A stretch of DNA of 32,000 nt. It comes from Tannockella kyphosi (GTDB lineage: Bacteria > Bacillota_I > Bacilli_A > Erysipelotrichales > Coprobacillaceae). The notes under the pieces were generated by a model. That model had not been told where the DNA came from. It worked only from the letters and a program-made list of their open reading frames with translations, and did no database searches. The position numbers and the translations under genes were made by a program. Of the stretch, positions 8,278-21,100 are shown in pieces; position 1 is the first letter of the stretch; each line of letters starts with the position of its first letter. Location of the stretch: the NCBI RefSeq assembly GCF_021054785.1, contig NZ_CP088239.1, positions 2,100,001 through 2,132,000 of the forward strand, in the 5' to 3' direction.

Positions 8278-8880
8278 ATGAAAACAGTCTTAGTAGATGA
8301 AAAACAAATAAATTTGATTGCTCATTCTTTGAATGAGCACCAAGTTATTGCTTTTCCTACCGAGACTGTTTTTGGTTTAGGAGTAAAGTTTGATTCTCTG
8401 GAAGGATTAAAGCATATTTATGAAATCAAAAAAAGAGAAAAGAATAAAGCAGTAACCCTGATGGTAGCTACAAAAGAAGAAATTGAAAACTATGCTTATA
8501 TCAATGAAAAAGCTAAAAAAGTAATTCAAGCATTTATGCCTGGTAAAATTACATTGGTATTGAAAAAGAAAGCATCTGTTGATGATCTTTATACAAGTGG
8601 GCTATCGTCAATAGGGATACGTATTCCTGATGATGCTTTTGTTTTCGACCTATTAAAGAAAGTAGGACCAATGTGGGTTACGAGTGCAAATCTGTCGGGG
8701 CAGCCCGATATGATTAGGGCAGAGAATGTATATGATACATTTAAAAATCAAGTGGCTCTTGTTGTAAAGAAAGATGCTGGTAATGATTTAGCAAGTACGG
8801 TAGTAGATTTACAAGAAGATTGTAAAATATTACGGATGGGTAGTATAAAAGAAGAAGAGATTATGGAGGTAGTTACATGA
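8278..8880 (+). CDS. tsaC: L-threonylcarbamoyladenylate synthase (YrdC-domain only, TsaC type)
   Basis: FPTETVFGLG, KNKAVTLMV and VTSANLSGQP motifs. 200 aa, so there is no Sua5 C-terminal domain. Confidence 0.85.
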   Translation: MKTVLVDEKQINLIAHSLNEHQVIAFPTETVFGLGVKFDSLEGLKHIYEIKKREKNKAVTLMVATKEEIENYAYINEKAKKVIQAFMPGKITLVLKKKASVDDLYTSGLSSIGIRIPDDAFVFDLLKKVGPMWVTSANLSGQPDMIRAENVYDTFKNQVALVVKKDAGNDLASTVVDLQEDCKILRMGSIKEEEIMEVVT

Positions 8881-9317
8881 AAATAGCAGTAGCTTGTGAT
8901 CATGGTGGATTAGAACTAAAAAATGCAATTAGTAAATTCATCACAGACTTAGGCCATGAAGTGGAAGATTTTGGAACATACACAAATGATAGTGTGGATT
9001 ATCCTGATTATGCTAGTAAGGCTGCTTTGGCAGTAGCTAGTGGACAAGTGGAACGTGGTATTGTAGTATGTGGAACAGGTATAGGTGTTAGTATTGTTGC
9101 AAATAAGATTAAAGGAATTCGTTGTGCTTTAGCACATGATACTTTTAGTGCACGAGCAACAAGAGAACATAATGATACAAATATGTTAGCGTTAGGACAA
9201 AGAGTAATCGGAGAGGGATTAGCTTTGGATATCGTGAAATTATGGTTAGAAACCGAATTTGCAGGGGAACGTCACATGCAAAGAATTGAAAAAATGATGA
9301 GTTACGAGGGGGAATAA
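8877..9317 (+). CDS. rpiB: Ribose-5-phosphate isomerase B
   Basis: [11 protein letters not shown]..., [17 protein letters not shown] and [14 protein letters not shown] overlap with tsaC. Confidence 0.9.
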   Translation: MKIAVACDHGGLELKNAISKFITDLGHEVEDFGTYTNDSVDYPDYASKAALAVASGQVERGIVVCGTGIGVSIVANKIKGIRCALAHDTFSARATREHNDTNMLALGQRVIGEGLALDIVKLWLETEFAGERHMQRIEKMMSYEGE

Positions 9318-9319
9318 GT

Positions 9320-10564
9320 ATGAAAGACAATGCAGTATTTGAAAGTATGGAAAGAGAATTAAATAGACAAAGACAAAACATCGAGTTAATTGCGTCTGAA
9401 AATTTTGTATCAGAAGATATTTTAAAAGCAACAGGATCTGTTCTTACAAACAAGTATGCAGAAGGGTATCCAGCAAAAAGATATTATGGTGGATGTCAAT
9501 TTGTAGATGAAGTAGAAACGCTTGCAAAAGATAGATTATGTACTATTTTTGGAGCAGAACACGCTAATGTGCAACCACACTCTGGGGCACAAGCAAATAC
9601 AGCAGTTTATTTAGCGTTATTAAATCATGGAGATAAAGTATTAGGAATGTCTCTAGCAGATGGTGGACATTTAACACATGGGCATCCATTAAATTTCTCA
9701 GGAATTAACTATGAATTCCATAGTTATGGAGTAGATAAAGAATCAGAAATGATTGATTATGAAGAATTTAAAAGAAAAGTATTTGAAATCAAACCTAAAT
9801 TAGTAGTAGCTGGAGCTAGTGCTTATTCTAGAACAATTGATTTTGAATTTATGGCACAATGTTGTCAAGAAGCAGGGGCCATTTTTATGGTAGATATGGC
9901 ACATATCGCAGGACTAGTTGCTGCTGGGTTACACCCATCACCATTCCCACATGCTGATGTTGTTACAACAACAACACATAAAACACTAAGAGGACCAAGA
10001 GGTGGTGCCATTATGTGTAAAGAACAATATGCCAAAGATATTGATAGAGCCTTATTCCCAGGAATGCAAGGTGGTCCATTGATGCATGTAATTGCTGGAA
10101 AAGCAATTTGCTTCCATGAAGTAATGCAAGATGATTATAAAGAATATGCTGGACAAATCATTAAAAATGCCAAAGCAATGGAAGAATCTTTTATAGAAGA
10201 AGGATTTAGATTAGTAGCTGGAGGAACAGATAATCATTTATTATTAGTAGATGTTAAAGCTAGTTGTGGTATGACTGGTAAAGTAGCAGAAAAGCTATTA
10301 GATGAAATTAACATCACTACCAATAAGAATGCGATTCCTTTTGATACAGAAAAACCATTCCAAGCAAGTGGGATTCGTGTAGGAACACCAGCTATGACTA
10401 CAAAAGGATTTAAAGAAGCAGACTTTAGAGAAGTTGCAAAAATTATTACGTATTGTCTAAAAAATGCAGATAATCAAGCAGTAAAAGAGGAGTGCATAGC
10501 AAGAGTAAAAGTATTAGTAGATAAGGTAACAATGTATCAAAATAAAACATATATAGGAGACTAA
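9320..10564 (+). CDS. glyA: Serine hydroxymethyltransferase
   Basis: ELIASENF, the PLP-lysine motif [14 protein letters not shown], and full-length similarity to the SHMT pattern. Confidence 0.97.
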   Translation: MKDNAVFESMERELNRQRQNIELIASENFVSEDILKATGSVLTNKYAEGYPAKRYYGGCQFVDEVETLAKDRLCTIFGAEHANVQPHSGAQANTAVYLALLNHGDKVLGMSLADGGHLTHGHPLNFSGINYEFHSYGVDKESEMIDYEEFKRKVFEIKPKLVVAGASAYSRTIDFEFMAQCCQEAGAIFMVDMAHIAGLVAAGLHPSPFPHADVVTTTTHKTLRGPRGGAIMCKEQYAKDIDRALFPGMQGGPLMHVIAGKAICFHEVMQDDYKEYAGQIIKNAKAMEESFIEEGFRLVAGGTDNHLLLVDVKASCGMTGKVAEKLLDEINITTNKNAIPFDTEKPFQASGIRVGTPAMTTKGFKEADFREVAKIITYCLKNADNQAVKEECIARVKVLVDKVTMYQNKTYIGD

Positions 10565-10568
10565 AAAG

Positions 10569-11192
10569 ATGGCAACAACAATTATGAACCACCCATTAAT
10601 CGATCATAAACTAACAGTAATGAGAGATAAAGAAACAAAATCAAATATCTTTAAACAAAACTTAGATGAAATTGCAATGTTAATGGCCTATGTAGCAACA
10701 AAAGATTTACCATTAAAAAACAAAGAAATTGAAACACCAATTACATCAATGACTGCAAAAGAACTAAAAAGAGATGTCGTATTAGTACCTATCTTAAGAG
10801 CAGGACTAGGACTAGTAGATGGTTTCCGTACAATTATCCCAACTGCAAAAGTAGGTCATATTGGAATGGCACGTAATGAAGAAACACTATTACCAATTGA
10901 ATACTATGCTAAATTCCCAAAAGAATTAGATATCGCAGATGTATTAATTGTAGACCCTATGTTAGCAACTGGTGGTAGTGCTATTGATGCTATTGAAAGT
11001 GTAAAATCAAGAGGAGCGAAATATATTAAATTAGTATGTTTAGTAGGAGCTCCAGAAGGTTTAAAAGCAGTAGAAGAAAAACATCCAGATGTGGATATTT
11101 ATTTAGGAACATTAGATAGCCACTTAAATGAAAAAGGATATATCGTACCTGGTTTAGGTGATGCGGGAGACCGTTTATTTGGAACCGAATAA
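10569..11192 (+). CDS. upp: Uracil phosphoribosyltransferase
   Basis: ILRAGLG, PRPP-binding [14 protein letters not shown], and C-terminal [16 protein letters not shown]. Confidence 0.95.
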   Translation: MATTIMNHPLIDHKLTVMRDKETKSNIFKQNLDEIAMLMAYVATKDLPLKNKEIETPITSMTAKELKRDVVLVPILRAGLGLVDGFRTIIPTAKVGHIGMARNEETLLPIEYYAKFPKELDIADVLIVDPMLATGGSAIDAIESVKSRGAKYIKLVCLVGAPEGLKAVEEKHPDVDIYLGTLDSHLNEKGYIVPGLGDAGDRLFGTE

Positions 11193-11382
11193 AAAAATAT
11201 TGCAAGAAATACTATTTGCACTCCAATTAGGAGTGCAAATAATTGCAACCTTTATACTAGCAATAATGATAGGATTAAAGTTGGATAGCTATTTTAATAG
11301 CAAGCCAACTTGGATACTTCTATGTTTATTGCTTGCTTTTGTTTTGGTTATGAGAACATTATTAGGGGTAATAAAGAAATGA
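11158..11382 (+). CDS. AtpZ/ATPase_gene1-like small membrane protein. The start is uncertain and may lie downstream of 11158.
   Basis: Two hydrophobic helices with ...[18 protein letters not shown]..., in the position directly upstream of atpI. The ORF overlaps the upp 3' end by 35 nt, so an internal TTG start is possible. Confidence 0.55.
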   Translation: MMRETVYLEPNKKILQEILFALQLGVQIIATFILAIMIGLKLDSYFNSKPTWILLCLLLAFVLVMRTLLGVIKK

Positions 11383-11753
11383 ATGAATACATAATTATAA
11401 AAAAATCAGTAAAAGTTGCGGGTATAGGTTTGATAATTTTTACAATAACGAGTATAATAACAAGCAATGTTAGTTATATGCTTGGGTTTTTACTAGGGTA
11501 TGGTATCAATTTGGCTACCTTTTATGTAATTATTCAAACATCAGCATTAATTTTAGAATTACAAGCTGGAACAATTGGATTAGTAAGTGTTCTTTATTTT
11601 GTAAAGCTATTATTATATGGAGTAGGCTTTTTTCTAGCATTTAATTTTCCAACGATCTTTAGTCCAGTTGGAGTATTAATAGGATATTTTATAGTAAAAG
11701 TTACTATATATATTCAAACTTATCGAAATAGAGGAGGTGACGTGGATGGATAA
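11379..11753 (+). CDS. atpI: ATP synthase protein I
   Basis: The ATG at 11379 overlaps the atpZ-like stop (ATGA). Hydrophobic ~124-aa protein immediately before atpB. The track start at 11310 lies inside the previous gene. Confidence 0.6.
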   Translation: MNEYIIIKKSVKVAGIGLIIFTITSIITSNVSYMLGFLLGYGINLATFYVIIQTSALILELQAGTIGLVSVLYFVKLLLYGVGFFLAFNFPTIFSPVGVLIGYFIVKVTIYIQTYRNRGGDVDG

Positions 11754-12411
11754 TATTGTTATCCAGAATGAATTGATTTTTTCTTTGATTATTATGATTG
11801 CTTTATCGATACTATTTATCTATGTAGGTAGTAAAGTTAAAAAAGCAGATCCAACAAAAAGACCAACAGGTATTGTATTAGTTGCAGAAACGTTAGTGAA
11901 AATTGTTTATGATTATATGCAATCTATTATGCCAAAGAAATTTGAAAAAGGATATTATCCTTATTTTGCAATGTTATTTATATATTTAATAGCAGCAAAC
12001 CTTAGTGGTTTAATAGGCTTTGATACACCAACATCAAACTATTCAATAACACTTGCAATTACCTTAATTACATTTACATTAATACAATGGAATGCAATTA
12101 AAACAAAAGGAGTAGGGACATATGTATGGAATACAGTATGGCCACCTACTAACTTATTAAGTGTCGTTTCACCTTTGATTTCTTTATCAATGCGTTTATT
12201 TGGTAACGTATTAAGTGGAACAATCTTAATGGCATTAGTTTATGCTTTTACAGCATGGTTATCTAATTTTTTACTACCAGTAAATTTCTTAGGACCAATT
12301 CTTACACCTTGGTTACATATGTATTTTGATGTGTTTGCAGGATGTATACAAACGTTAGTATTCGTGACTTTATCTAGTATCTTAATTGCCATGGAGGCAG
12401 CACAAGACTAG
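11746..12411 (+). CDS. atpB: F0F1 ATP synthase subunit a
   Basis: The ATG at 11746 lies 8 nt after gaggagg. Essential Arg motif SLSMRLFGNVLSG. Multi-TM protein. Confidence 0.9.
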   Translation: MDNIVIQNELIFSLIIMIALSILFIYVGSKVKKADPTKRPTGIVLVAETLVKIVYDYMQSIMPKKFEKGYYPYFAMLFIYLIAANLSGLIGFDTPTSNYSITLAITLITFTLIQWNAIKTKGVGTYVWNTVWPPTNLLSVVSPLISLSMRLFGNVLSGTILMALVYAFTAWLSNFLLPVNFLGPILTPWLHMYFDVFAGCIQTLVFVTLSSILIAMEAAQD

Positions 12412-12450
12412 TAAAGATATAAAAAATAAAACTCAGGAGGAATAAATTAT

Positions 12451-12678
12451 ATGACAGATTATGGATTAGTGGCAATTGCAGCAGGTATTGCAATTTGTGC
12501 AGGTTTAGGAACAGGTATTGGGGAAGGTATTGCAGCTAGTAAAGCAGTAGAAGCAGTAGGTAGAAACCCAGAAGCAGAAGCAAAAATTCGTACAATGATG
12601 ATTTTAGGGATTGCATTATCTGAAACAGTAGCAATCTATGGTTTATTAATTTCTTTTATCTTATTATTCGTATATTAA
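12451..12678 (+). CDS. atpE: F0F1 ATP synthase subunit c
   Basis: 75-aa helical hairpin with loop RNPE and essential carboxylate E58 in LSETVAIYGL. RBS aggagg. Confidence 0.95.
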   Translation: MTDYGLVAIAAGIAICAGLGTGIGEGIAASKAVEAVGRNPEAEAKIRTMMILGIALSETVAIYGLLISFILLFVY

Positions 12679-12703
12679 TCAACAACATGAAGGAGGAATA
12701 TAG

Positions 12704-13207
12704 ATGGATATAGATATCGCGTCGAAGCTGTTCCCCAATATTACTACCGTTGTAGTACAACTACTTTCAACAGGAGTTATGTTATTGATTTTTAAGAAAT
12801 TTTTATGGGTGCCAATGCAGGAATATTTTGCAAAAAGAGCTGACTTTATCGAAGGTACAATTCAAGATGCAAAAGATATGCAAGAACAAGCAAAAGCATT
12901 TGTAGAAGCTAGTGAAACACAATCAAAACAAGCTGCTATGGAGTATCGTAGTATTGTCGAACAAGCAAAAGAAGATGCTAAACAAGCAAAAGAAACAATT
13001 TTAGAAGATGCAGCTAGTGAAGCTCGTCAAAAAATAGAATTAGCTGGTCGTGAAATTGAAAATCAAAAAGCGAAAGCAGCTAGTGAAATGAAAGAAGAAA
13101 TAGTTTTAGTAGCAATGGATGTAGCTTCAAAAGTTATGAACCAACAGATGGATGATTCAACAAATAAAGCATTAATTGAAAGCTTTGTAGAAGAAGTAGT
13201 TAATTAA
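12704..13207 (+). CDS. atpF: F0F1 ATP synthase subunit b
   Basis: A single N-terminal TM helix followed by a long, charged Ala/Glu/Lys-rich helix. Operon position fits. Confidence 0.85.
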   Translation: MDIDIASKLFPNITTVVVQLLSTGVMLLIFKKFLWVPMQEYFAKRADFIEGTIQDAKDMQEQAKAFVEASETQSKQAAMEYRSIVEQAKEDAKQAKETILEDAASEARQKIELAGREIENQKAKAASEMKEEIVLVAMDVASKVMNQQMDDSTNKALIESFVEEVVN

Positions 13208-13737
13208 TGGAAGTAATAGCGAAAACATATGCTGAATCATTATTTGATTTAGCACTAGAAGAAAATAAGGTAGATAGCTTTACGAAAGATATGGGAGCTA
13301 TTTATACTGTTTTTAATGAAAATCCATCGTTTATTGAATTCTTTAGCCATATTATGGTAAAAGAAGAAGATAAGAATCAATTATTAGAAAAAAGCTTTCA
13401 AGAAGTAGATGCTTATGTATTAAATTTCTTAAAGTTATTAGTTAGAAAAAAGAGAATTCGTTATATTGTATCAATTAGTAGTGCTTTCCAAGAACTAGTA
13501 GATGATTATTTGGGTATCAAAAAAGGAATTATCTTTTCAAGTTTTGATTTATCAAAAGAACAAGTAGTAGATATTGAAAAAGCTTTATCTATAAAAGAAA
13601 AGAAAACAGTATCTTTAACTACACAAAAAGATGAATCATTAATTGGTGGTATCAAAGTACAAATAGGTAATCGTATTTATGATGCTTCCATCAAAAATAA
13701 ATTAGAATCAATGAAAAAAGAATTAATAAGAAAGTAG
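13207..13737 (+). CDS. atpH: F0F1 ATP synthase subunit delta
   Basis: OSCP-like: YAESLFDLA near the N-terminus and LIGGIKVQIGNRIYDASI near the C-terminus. Start overlaps the atpF stop. Confidence 0.85.
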   Translation: MEVIAKTYAESLFDLALEENKVDSFTKDMGAIYTVFNENPSFIEFFSHIMVKEEDKNQLLEKSFQEVDAYVLNFLKLLVRKKRIRYIVSISSAFQELVDDYLGIKKGIIFSSFDLSKEQVVDIEKALSIKEKKTVSLTTQKDESLIGGIKVQIGNRIYDASIKNKLESMKKELIRK

Positions 13738-13746
13738 GTGACCTAA

Positions 13747-15270
13747 GTGGGGCTTAGACCAGATGAAATAAGTGCTTTAATCAAAGAACAGATTAAAAAC
13801 TTTGATAACGTATTAGAATTAAAAGACGTCGGTTCTGTTATGACAGTAGGTGACGGAGTTAGTTTAGTACATGGACTAGATAGCGCAATGCTTGGTGAAT
13901 TACTATTATTCCCTAATAATGTTTATGGAATGGTAATGAACTTAGATGAAGATGCAGTAGGTGCTGTATTATTAGGTGAAGAAAGTACGATTAAAGAAGG
14001 AGACGAAGTTAAACGTACTGGAAAAATCATCGAGATTCCGGTTGGGGATCAAATGTTAGGTAGAGTTGTGAATCCTTTAGGACAACCAATTGATGGTTTA
14101 GGGGAAATTGATTTAACAACAACAAGACCAATTGAACGTGTAGCTAGTGGGGTTATGACAAGAAAGTCAGTAGATCAACCATTACAAACAGGGATTACTT
14201 CTATTGATGCGATTATTCCTATTGGTAGAGGACAACGTGAGTTAATCATTGGAGATCGTCAAACAGGTAAAACTGCAATTGCTATTGATACAATCTTAAA
14301 CCAAAAAGATCAAGATATCTTATGTGTTTATGTTGCTATTGGACAAAAGAATTCAACAGTAGCACAAATTGTAGAAAAACTAAGACAAGGTGGAGCATTA
14401 GAATATACAACAATCGTATCTGCTAGTGCATCAGAACTTGCACCAGTACAATATATTGCTCCTTATGCAGGGGTAACAATTGCTGAAGAATGGTTAGAAC
14501 AAGGAAAAGATGTCTTAATCGTATATGATGATTTATCAAAACATGCGGTAGCATATCGTACAGTGTCTTTATTATTAAAACGTCCACCAGGTCGTGAAGC
14601 ATATCCTGGAGATGTATTCTATTTACACAGTAGATTATTAGAACGTGCATGTCGTTTAAATGAAGAAAATGGTGGAGGATCAATTACTGCTTTACCAATC
14701 ATTGAAACACAAGCGGGAGATATTTCTGCATATATTCCAACGAATGTAATTTCTATTACAGATGGACAAATATTCTTACAACAAGAACTATTTAACTCAG
14801 GATTCCGTCCTGCAATCGATACAGGTTTATCAGTAAGCCGTGTAGGATCAGCAGCACAAATCAAAGCAATGAAGCAAGTATCGGGATCATTAAAACTAGA
14901 ATTAGCACAGTTTGCTGAAATGCAAGCATTTGCTCAATTTGGTTCTGACTTAGATGCTGCTACAAAAGCTACATTAGACCATGGTCAAAAAGTACGTGAA
15001 GTATTAAAACAAGCACAATACTCACCACGTCTTGTAGAAGTACAAGTAGTTACTTTATTTGCTTTAAAACATGGGTTTACTAAGAAATTAGAAGTAGAAG
15101 ATGTAAATGAATTTATGGATTCTTTAGTAGAAAATATTCAAATGACTCATCCTGAATATTTAGCAGAAATTAAAACACAAAAAGTAATTAGTAGTGAATT
15201 AGAAACAAGTTTAAAAGACGTAATGGAAGCTTTTGTAGAAAAATTCTTAAAATTAAAGGCAAAGGGGTAA
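13747..15270 (+). CDS. atpA: F0F1 ATP synthase subunit alpha
   Basis: GTG start after aggtga. Walker [10 protein letters not shown] and the full-length alpha pattern. Confidence 0.97.
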   Translation: MGLRPDEISALIKEQIKNFDNVLELKDVGSVMTVGDGVSLVHGLDSAMLGELLLFPNNVYGMVMNLDEDAVGAVLLGEESTIKEGDEVKRTGKIIEIPVGDQMLGRVVNPLGQPIDGLGEIDLTTTRPIERVASGVMTRKSVDQPLQTGITSIDAIIPIGRGQRELIIGDRQTGKTAIAIDTILNQKDQDILCVYVAIGQKNSTVAQIVEKLRQGGALEYTTIVSASASELAPVQYIAPYAGVTIAEEWLEQGKDVLIVYDDLSKHAVAYRTVSLLLKRPPGREAYPGDVFYLHSRLLERACRLNEENGGGSITALPIIETQAGDISAYIPTNVISITDGQIFLQQELFNSGFRPAIDTGLSVSRVGSAAQIKAMKQVSGSLKLELAQFAEMQAFAQFGSDLDAATKATLDHGQKVREVLKQAQYSPRLVEVQVVTLFALKHGFTKKLEVEDVNEFMDSLVENIQMTHPEYLAEIKTQKVISSELETSLKDVMEAFVEKFLKLKAKG

Positions 15271-16125
<855 letters not shown>

Positions 16126-16130
16126 AGTGA

Positions 16131-17542
<1,412 letters not shown>

Positions 17543-17543
<1 letters not shown>

Positions 17544-17944
17544 TGAAAAAATTTCGTTTAAAAATAGTTACTCCTAAAGGAATCTATCGTGATGAGGAAG
17601 TAGAGATGTTAAATCTTAGAACAACTTCTGGACAAATTGGAATTCTTGCAGACCACATGCCTTTGGCTGCTGGATTAGCAATCGGAGATATGAATTATCT
17701 TATTGAAGGTCAAAAAAAGCATTTTGCATTATCAGGTGGATTTGTTTATGTAAATGAAGAATGTACTACGATTATCGCGAATACAATAGAATCAAGTGAG
17801 GATATTGATTTAGATAGAGCTCAAAAAGCTCATGATCGTGCTACAAAAATAATGACACAAAAACAAGATCAAATCGATATGCTTAGAGCACAAAGAGCAC
17901 TGCAAAGAGCAGTGACTCGTATAAGAGTAAAAGAATTAGGTTAG
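17543..17944 (+). CDS. atpC: F0F1 ATP synthase subunit epsilon
   Basis: Beta-sandwich N-terminus (LKIVTP...) plus a C-terminal helical hairpin. Start overlaps the atpD stop. Confidence 0.9.
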
Positions 17945-17984
17945 TGTTATCAATCATTCAAAATGGATAATTATCACTTAAATA

Positions 17985-18010
17985 AAAAGATAGCTTCGGC
18001 TATCTTTTTT
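17985..18010 (+). terminator. Intrinsic terminator of the atp operon
   Basis: aaaagatagc / ttcg / gctatctttt followed by a T-run. Confidence 0.85.
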
Positions 18011-18081
18011 GTCGTAAGAACTTTATGTGAAATGGATTATTTTGATAAAATCAACTAAATTCTATTTTTCTATTAGGTTAT

Positions 18082-18089
18082 TGTATGAT
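18082..18089 (+). promoter_or_regulatory. Extended -10 element (TGTATGAT) upstream of the large signalling gene
   Basis: TG at 18082-18083 and TATGAT at 18084-18089, about 55 nt before the ATG at 18145. Confidence 0.35.
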
Positions 18090-18144
18090 ATCATATAGAT
18101 AGGTATGGTTTTAAAGGGATAAGAAAAAGGGGAATTAATGTATT

Positions 18145-21100
18145 ATGAGATATTTAAATATATTATATAAAGGACATCAAAACTTAATAGATATACTTGA
18201 ACAAAATCAGTTTCAAGAAGAACATAATTGTCTAGTACGTATCCATACATCTAGTTTAGATACGTCTTTTGCAATGGACTTAGCAAGTAAAATAAAACAA
18301 CTCTTGCCTTTTGCTAATGTGATTGGTTGTGCTACCAGTGGAGTAACATACCAGGGAGAAATCTATCCAACAGATACATTAATTTCGATTACAAGTTTTG
18401 AAAATGCAAAAGTATTTTCAGATATATGTTGTTTAAATCATAAAAATAAAGATAACTTAGCAAAATATATTTCCACTTCAGTCAATGATTTTGGTGCAAC
18501 AAGTTCCTTTTTATTTTTAACATGCTTTGATATGCCAGTGACACATATGATACGTGACTTAGAAAAACAATCACCACAAACATCTTTTATTGGTGGATTA
18601 GCAGGTTATAGTGACGAAAAAACAGGTGCGATAGCAACCTATGTTTTTAATGATAAAGAATGTTATGACAATGGATATGTTGTAGGAGGTGTCAGTAAAG
18701 ATTATGCTCTTTGCTATATGAATACGATTGTTGGACATGATCCTATATCAGATAGTCATGTTATTACAAAAGTGAATGGTAGTTATGTCGAAGAAATTGA
18801 TAATCAAGAGTCATTACAATGGATTAAAGATCAATTAGGGTTAAAAGAATTAACAGAAAATAATCAATGGAGTGATACAGTACAATCAGATATTCTGCTT
18901 CGAATTCCACTCGTATTAGAAGGAGAAGAGGGTTCTAGTAGATTTGTACAATACGAACAAGCAAGCAATAAACTAATGTTATATTTTTCAGAATTACCAG
19001 CAGGACAAAAGTTTAGAATGGGATATTTAAGTACGGTTGCAAGTTTAACAGAATGGCAAAATACGTATATAGATTTACAAAATACATCAGTAGAATATAT
19101 TTTTACTTATTCTTGTTTATTCCGTCGTATGTATTTAGATAATTTATCAAAAGTAGAATTACAACCATTTACGAATGATGATATCGCTGGTGCATTTATG
19201 TTAGGAGAATTTGGAACAAAAAATGATGTTTCACGATTCTATAATGGTACATGTTGTATTGTTACTTTTGCGGAAAAAGAAAATTACTTAAAAATTGCAT
19301 TTCAGGATGCTAATTCTTTAGTTGATATACAAAACAATCAAAATTTAACATTAGACTTTCATGAGTTTAAAGATAGACTCGATAATAAGAAAGGAACATT
19401 AATACATCGAATAGAAAGTCGTGAAGAAGTTAGTAATCATATGTTTTTTGATACAAATTCTCAGTTTACCAAGACAATGTCGATGTTTGTGTTGGAACGT
19501 TTTCAAAATGATACATCGAAATTATGTTTGATAACAAACCATATAGTAGGTTTAGATAATAATAGAGTCGATGATAAAGATAAACGAATCGTTTTGCAAG
19601 AACTTATTGAAATATGTAAAGATTATTTAGAAAAGTTTAATGAAGGATTACAATTTGATTTCTATTATTTTACAGTAGACAGTTTCTTTTTTACAATTAG
19701 AGGAGAAAAGAATAATGTTAAAATCATAGAACTAACGAAAGCACTATATACTTATTTAAATAAGCAAGTAAATAAATATAAAACATATAAGATTTATAAT
19801 TCGTTTACCATTTCTTTAGAAGTAGCAAAAATAGAAAATATGTTAGCTAGTCAATCAAAACCAAAGATAGAAGGATATAAGCATTGTTTTAGTATCTATC
19901 ATGGAGAAGATCAAGTATCGTTACTTCAAAATGAATTTGAAATAGTTTCTACTTTAAAAAGTATTATAGAAAGACAAGTTATTGTCCCTTATGTACAAGG
20001 GATTTATGATAATAAAAAAGGGGAATTTGTAGGCTACGAAACGATTATGCGTTTAATATCGGATAGTGGGGAAGTACTATTTCCAGAAAACTTTTTTGAT
20101 GTTGCAAAAAAATATGGCTTATATTTAGATTTAAATTATATCTTAGTTTCAAAAGTACTTGATTATATAGATGGTAAAGAAGAGATGGTTTTTATCAATG
20201 TAGGTAGACAAGACTTAGTTTCTAATGCATTTATTAAAATGGTGGGAGAAAAGCTTCATCAAAACAAAGTAGTCTTTGAAATCAATGATATAAAAGAATT
20301 TAGTGATATGCAAGAATTAGAAAAAGTAATTAGACAGTTTATGAAACTGGATATTAAATTTGGTATCAATGTAGTGGATAGCTTAGATATCAAGTGTTTA
20401 GAAGAAATGGAGAGTAAGAAATTAAGCATAGACTTTATTAAGATTCGTTCAAAACAATATACTAATATTCTAAATGATAGTACATGGAAATTAAGATTCT
20501 TCCATCTTAAAAGAATATTACATGCAGAAATGATGGTAAGAAATGTAGAAACGGCATCAATGCAAAAATCAGTCATTGAAAATTCAGTAAGATACACGCA
20601 AGGACCATTCTTTTCAACACCTATTCCATTGGAAGAAAGTTCGTCATTTTTCAAAACAAACGAAATGTCTATCGAGGACTATGATGAACAGGCATACCGA
20701 AAGAATAATAGAACATTAAAGAAACTATCTTTTGCAGGAATGATATTCATTGTCCTTTGTGCTTTTATTGGATCATGGGTATTTATAAACCAAAGCTATC
20801 ATGTAGTAGAACAGATGAATGATGAGTTCTTGTTAGAACTAGCAACAAGCTCATCTAATCAAGTTTCAGCAACAGCAGAACGATATGTTGATGAACTTAT
20901 TTTAGTGAGTGATAGTTTATTGCTAAATGGTTGGCAAGAAGATACGCTTATCGAGAATTTATCAGTTTATGATAATACGGCATTGTATGATGAAATTTAT
21001 GTTTCTTATAATAATGCAGTTCCAGTAAATGCTTCAGGAGAACAATTAGTTGTAGATTGGAGTTTGGAAGGAGAATTAGAACCACTATATAGTGAAAGTA

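Noticed and set aside
11310-11745. Track starts for atpI (11310) and atpB (GTG 11737)
   Set aside because: 11310 lies within the atpZ-like gene, while the ATG at 11379 gives an ATGA stop-start overlap. For atpB, the ATG at 11746 sits 8 nt after gaggagg, whereas the GTG at 11737 overlaps the RBS itself.
9145-14864. Antisense ORFs 9145-9453 and 9246-9431 (rpiB/glyA) and 14423-14683 and 14619-14864 (atpA)
   Set aside because: They are embedded antisense in highly conserved genes. The translations are Leu/His/Ile-rich artefacts of an AT-rich complement strand.
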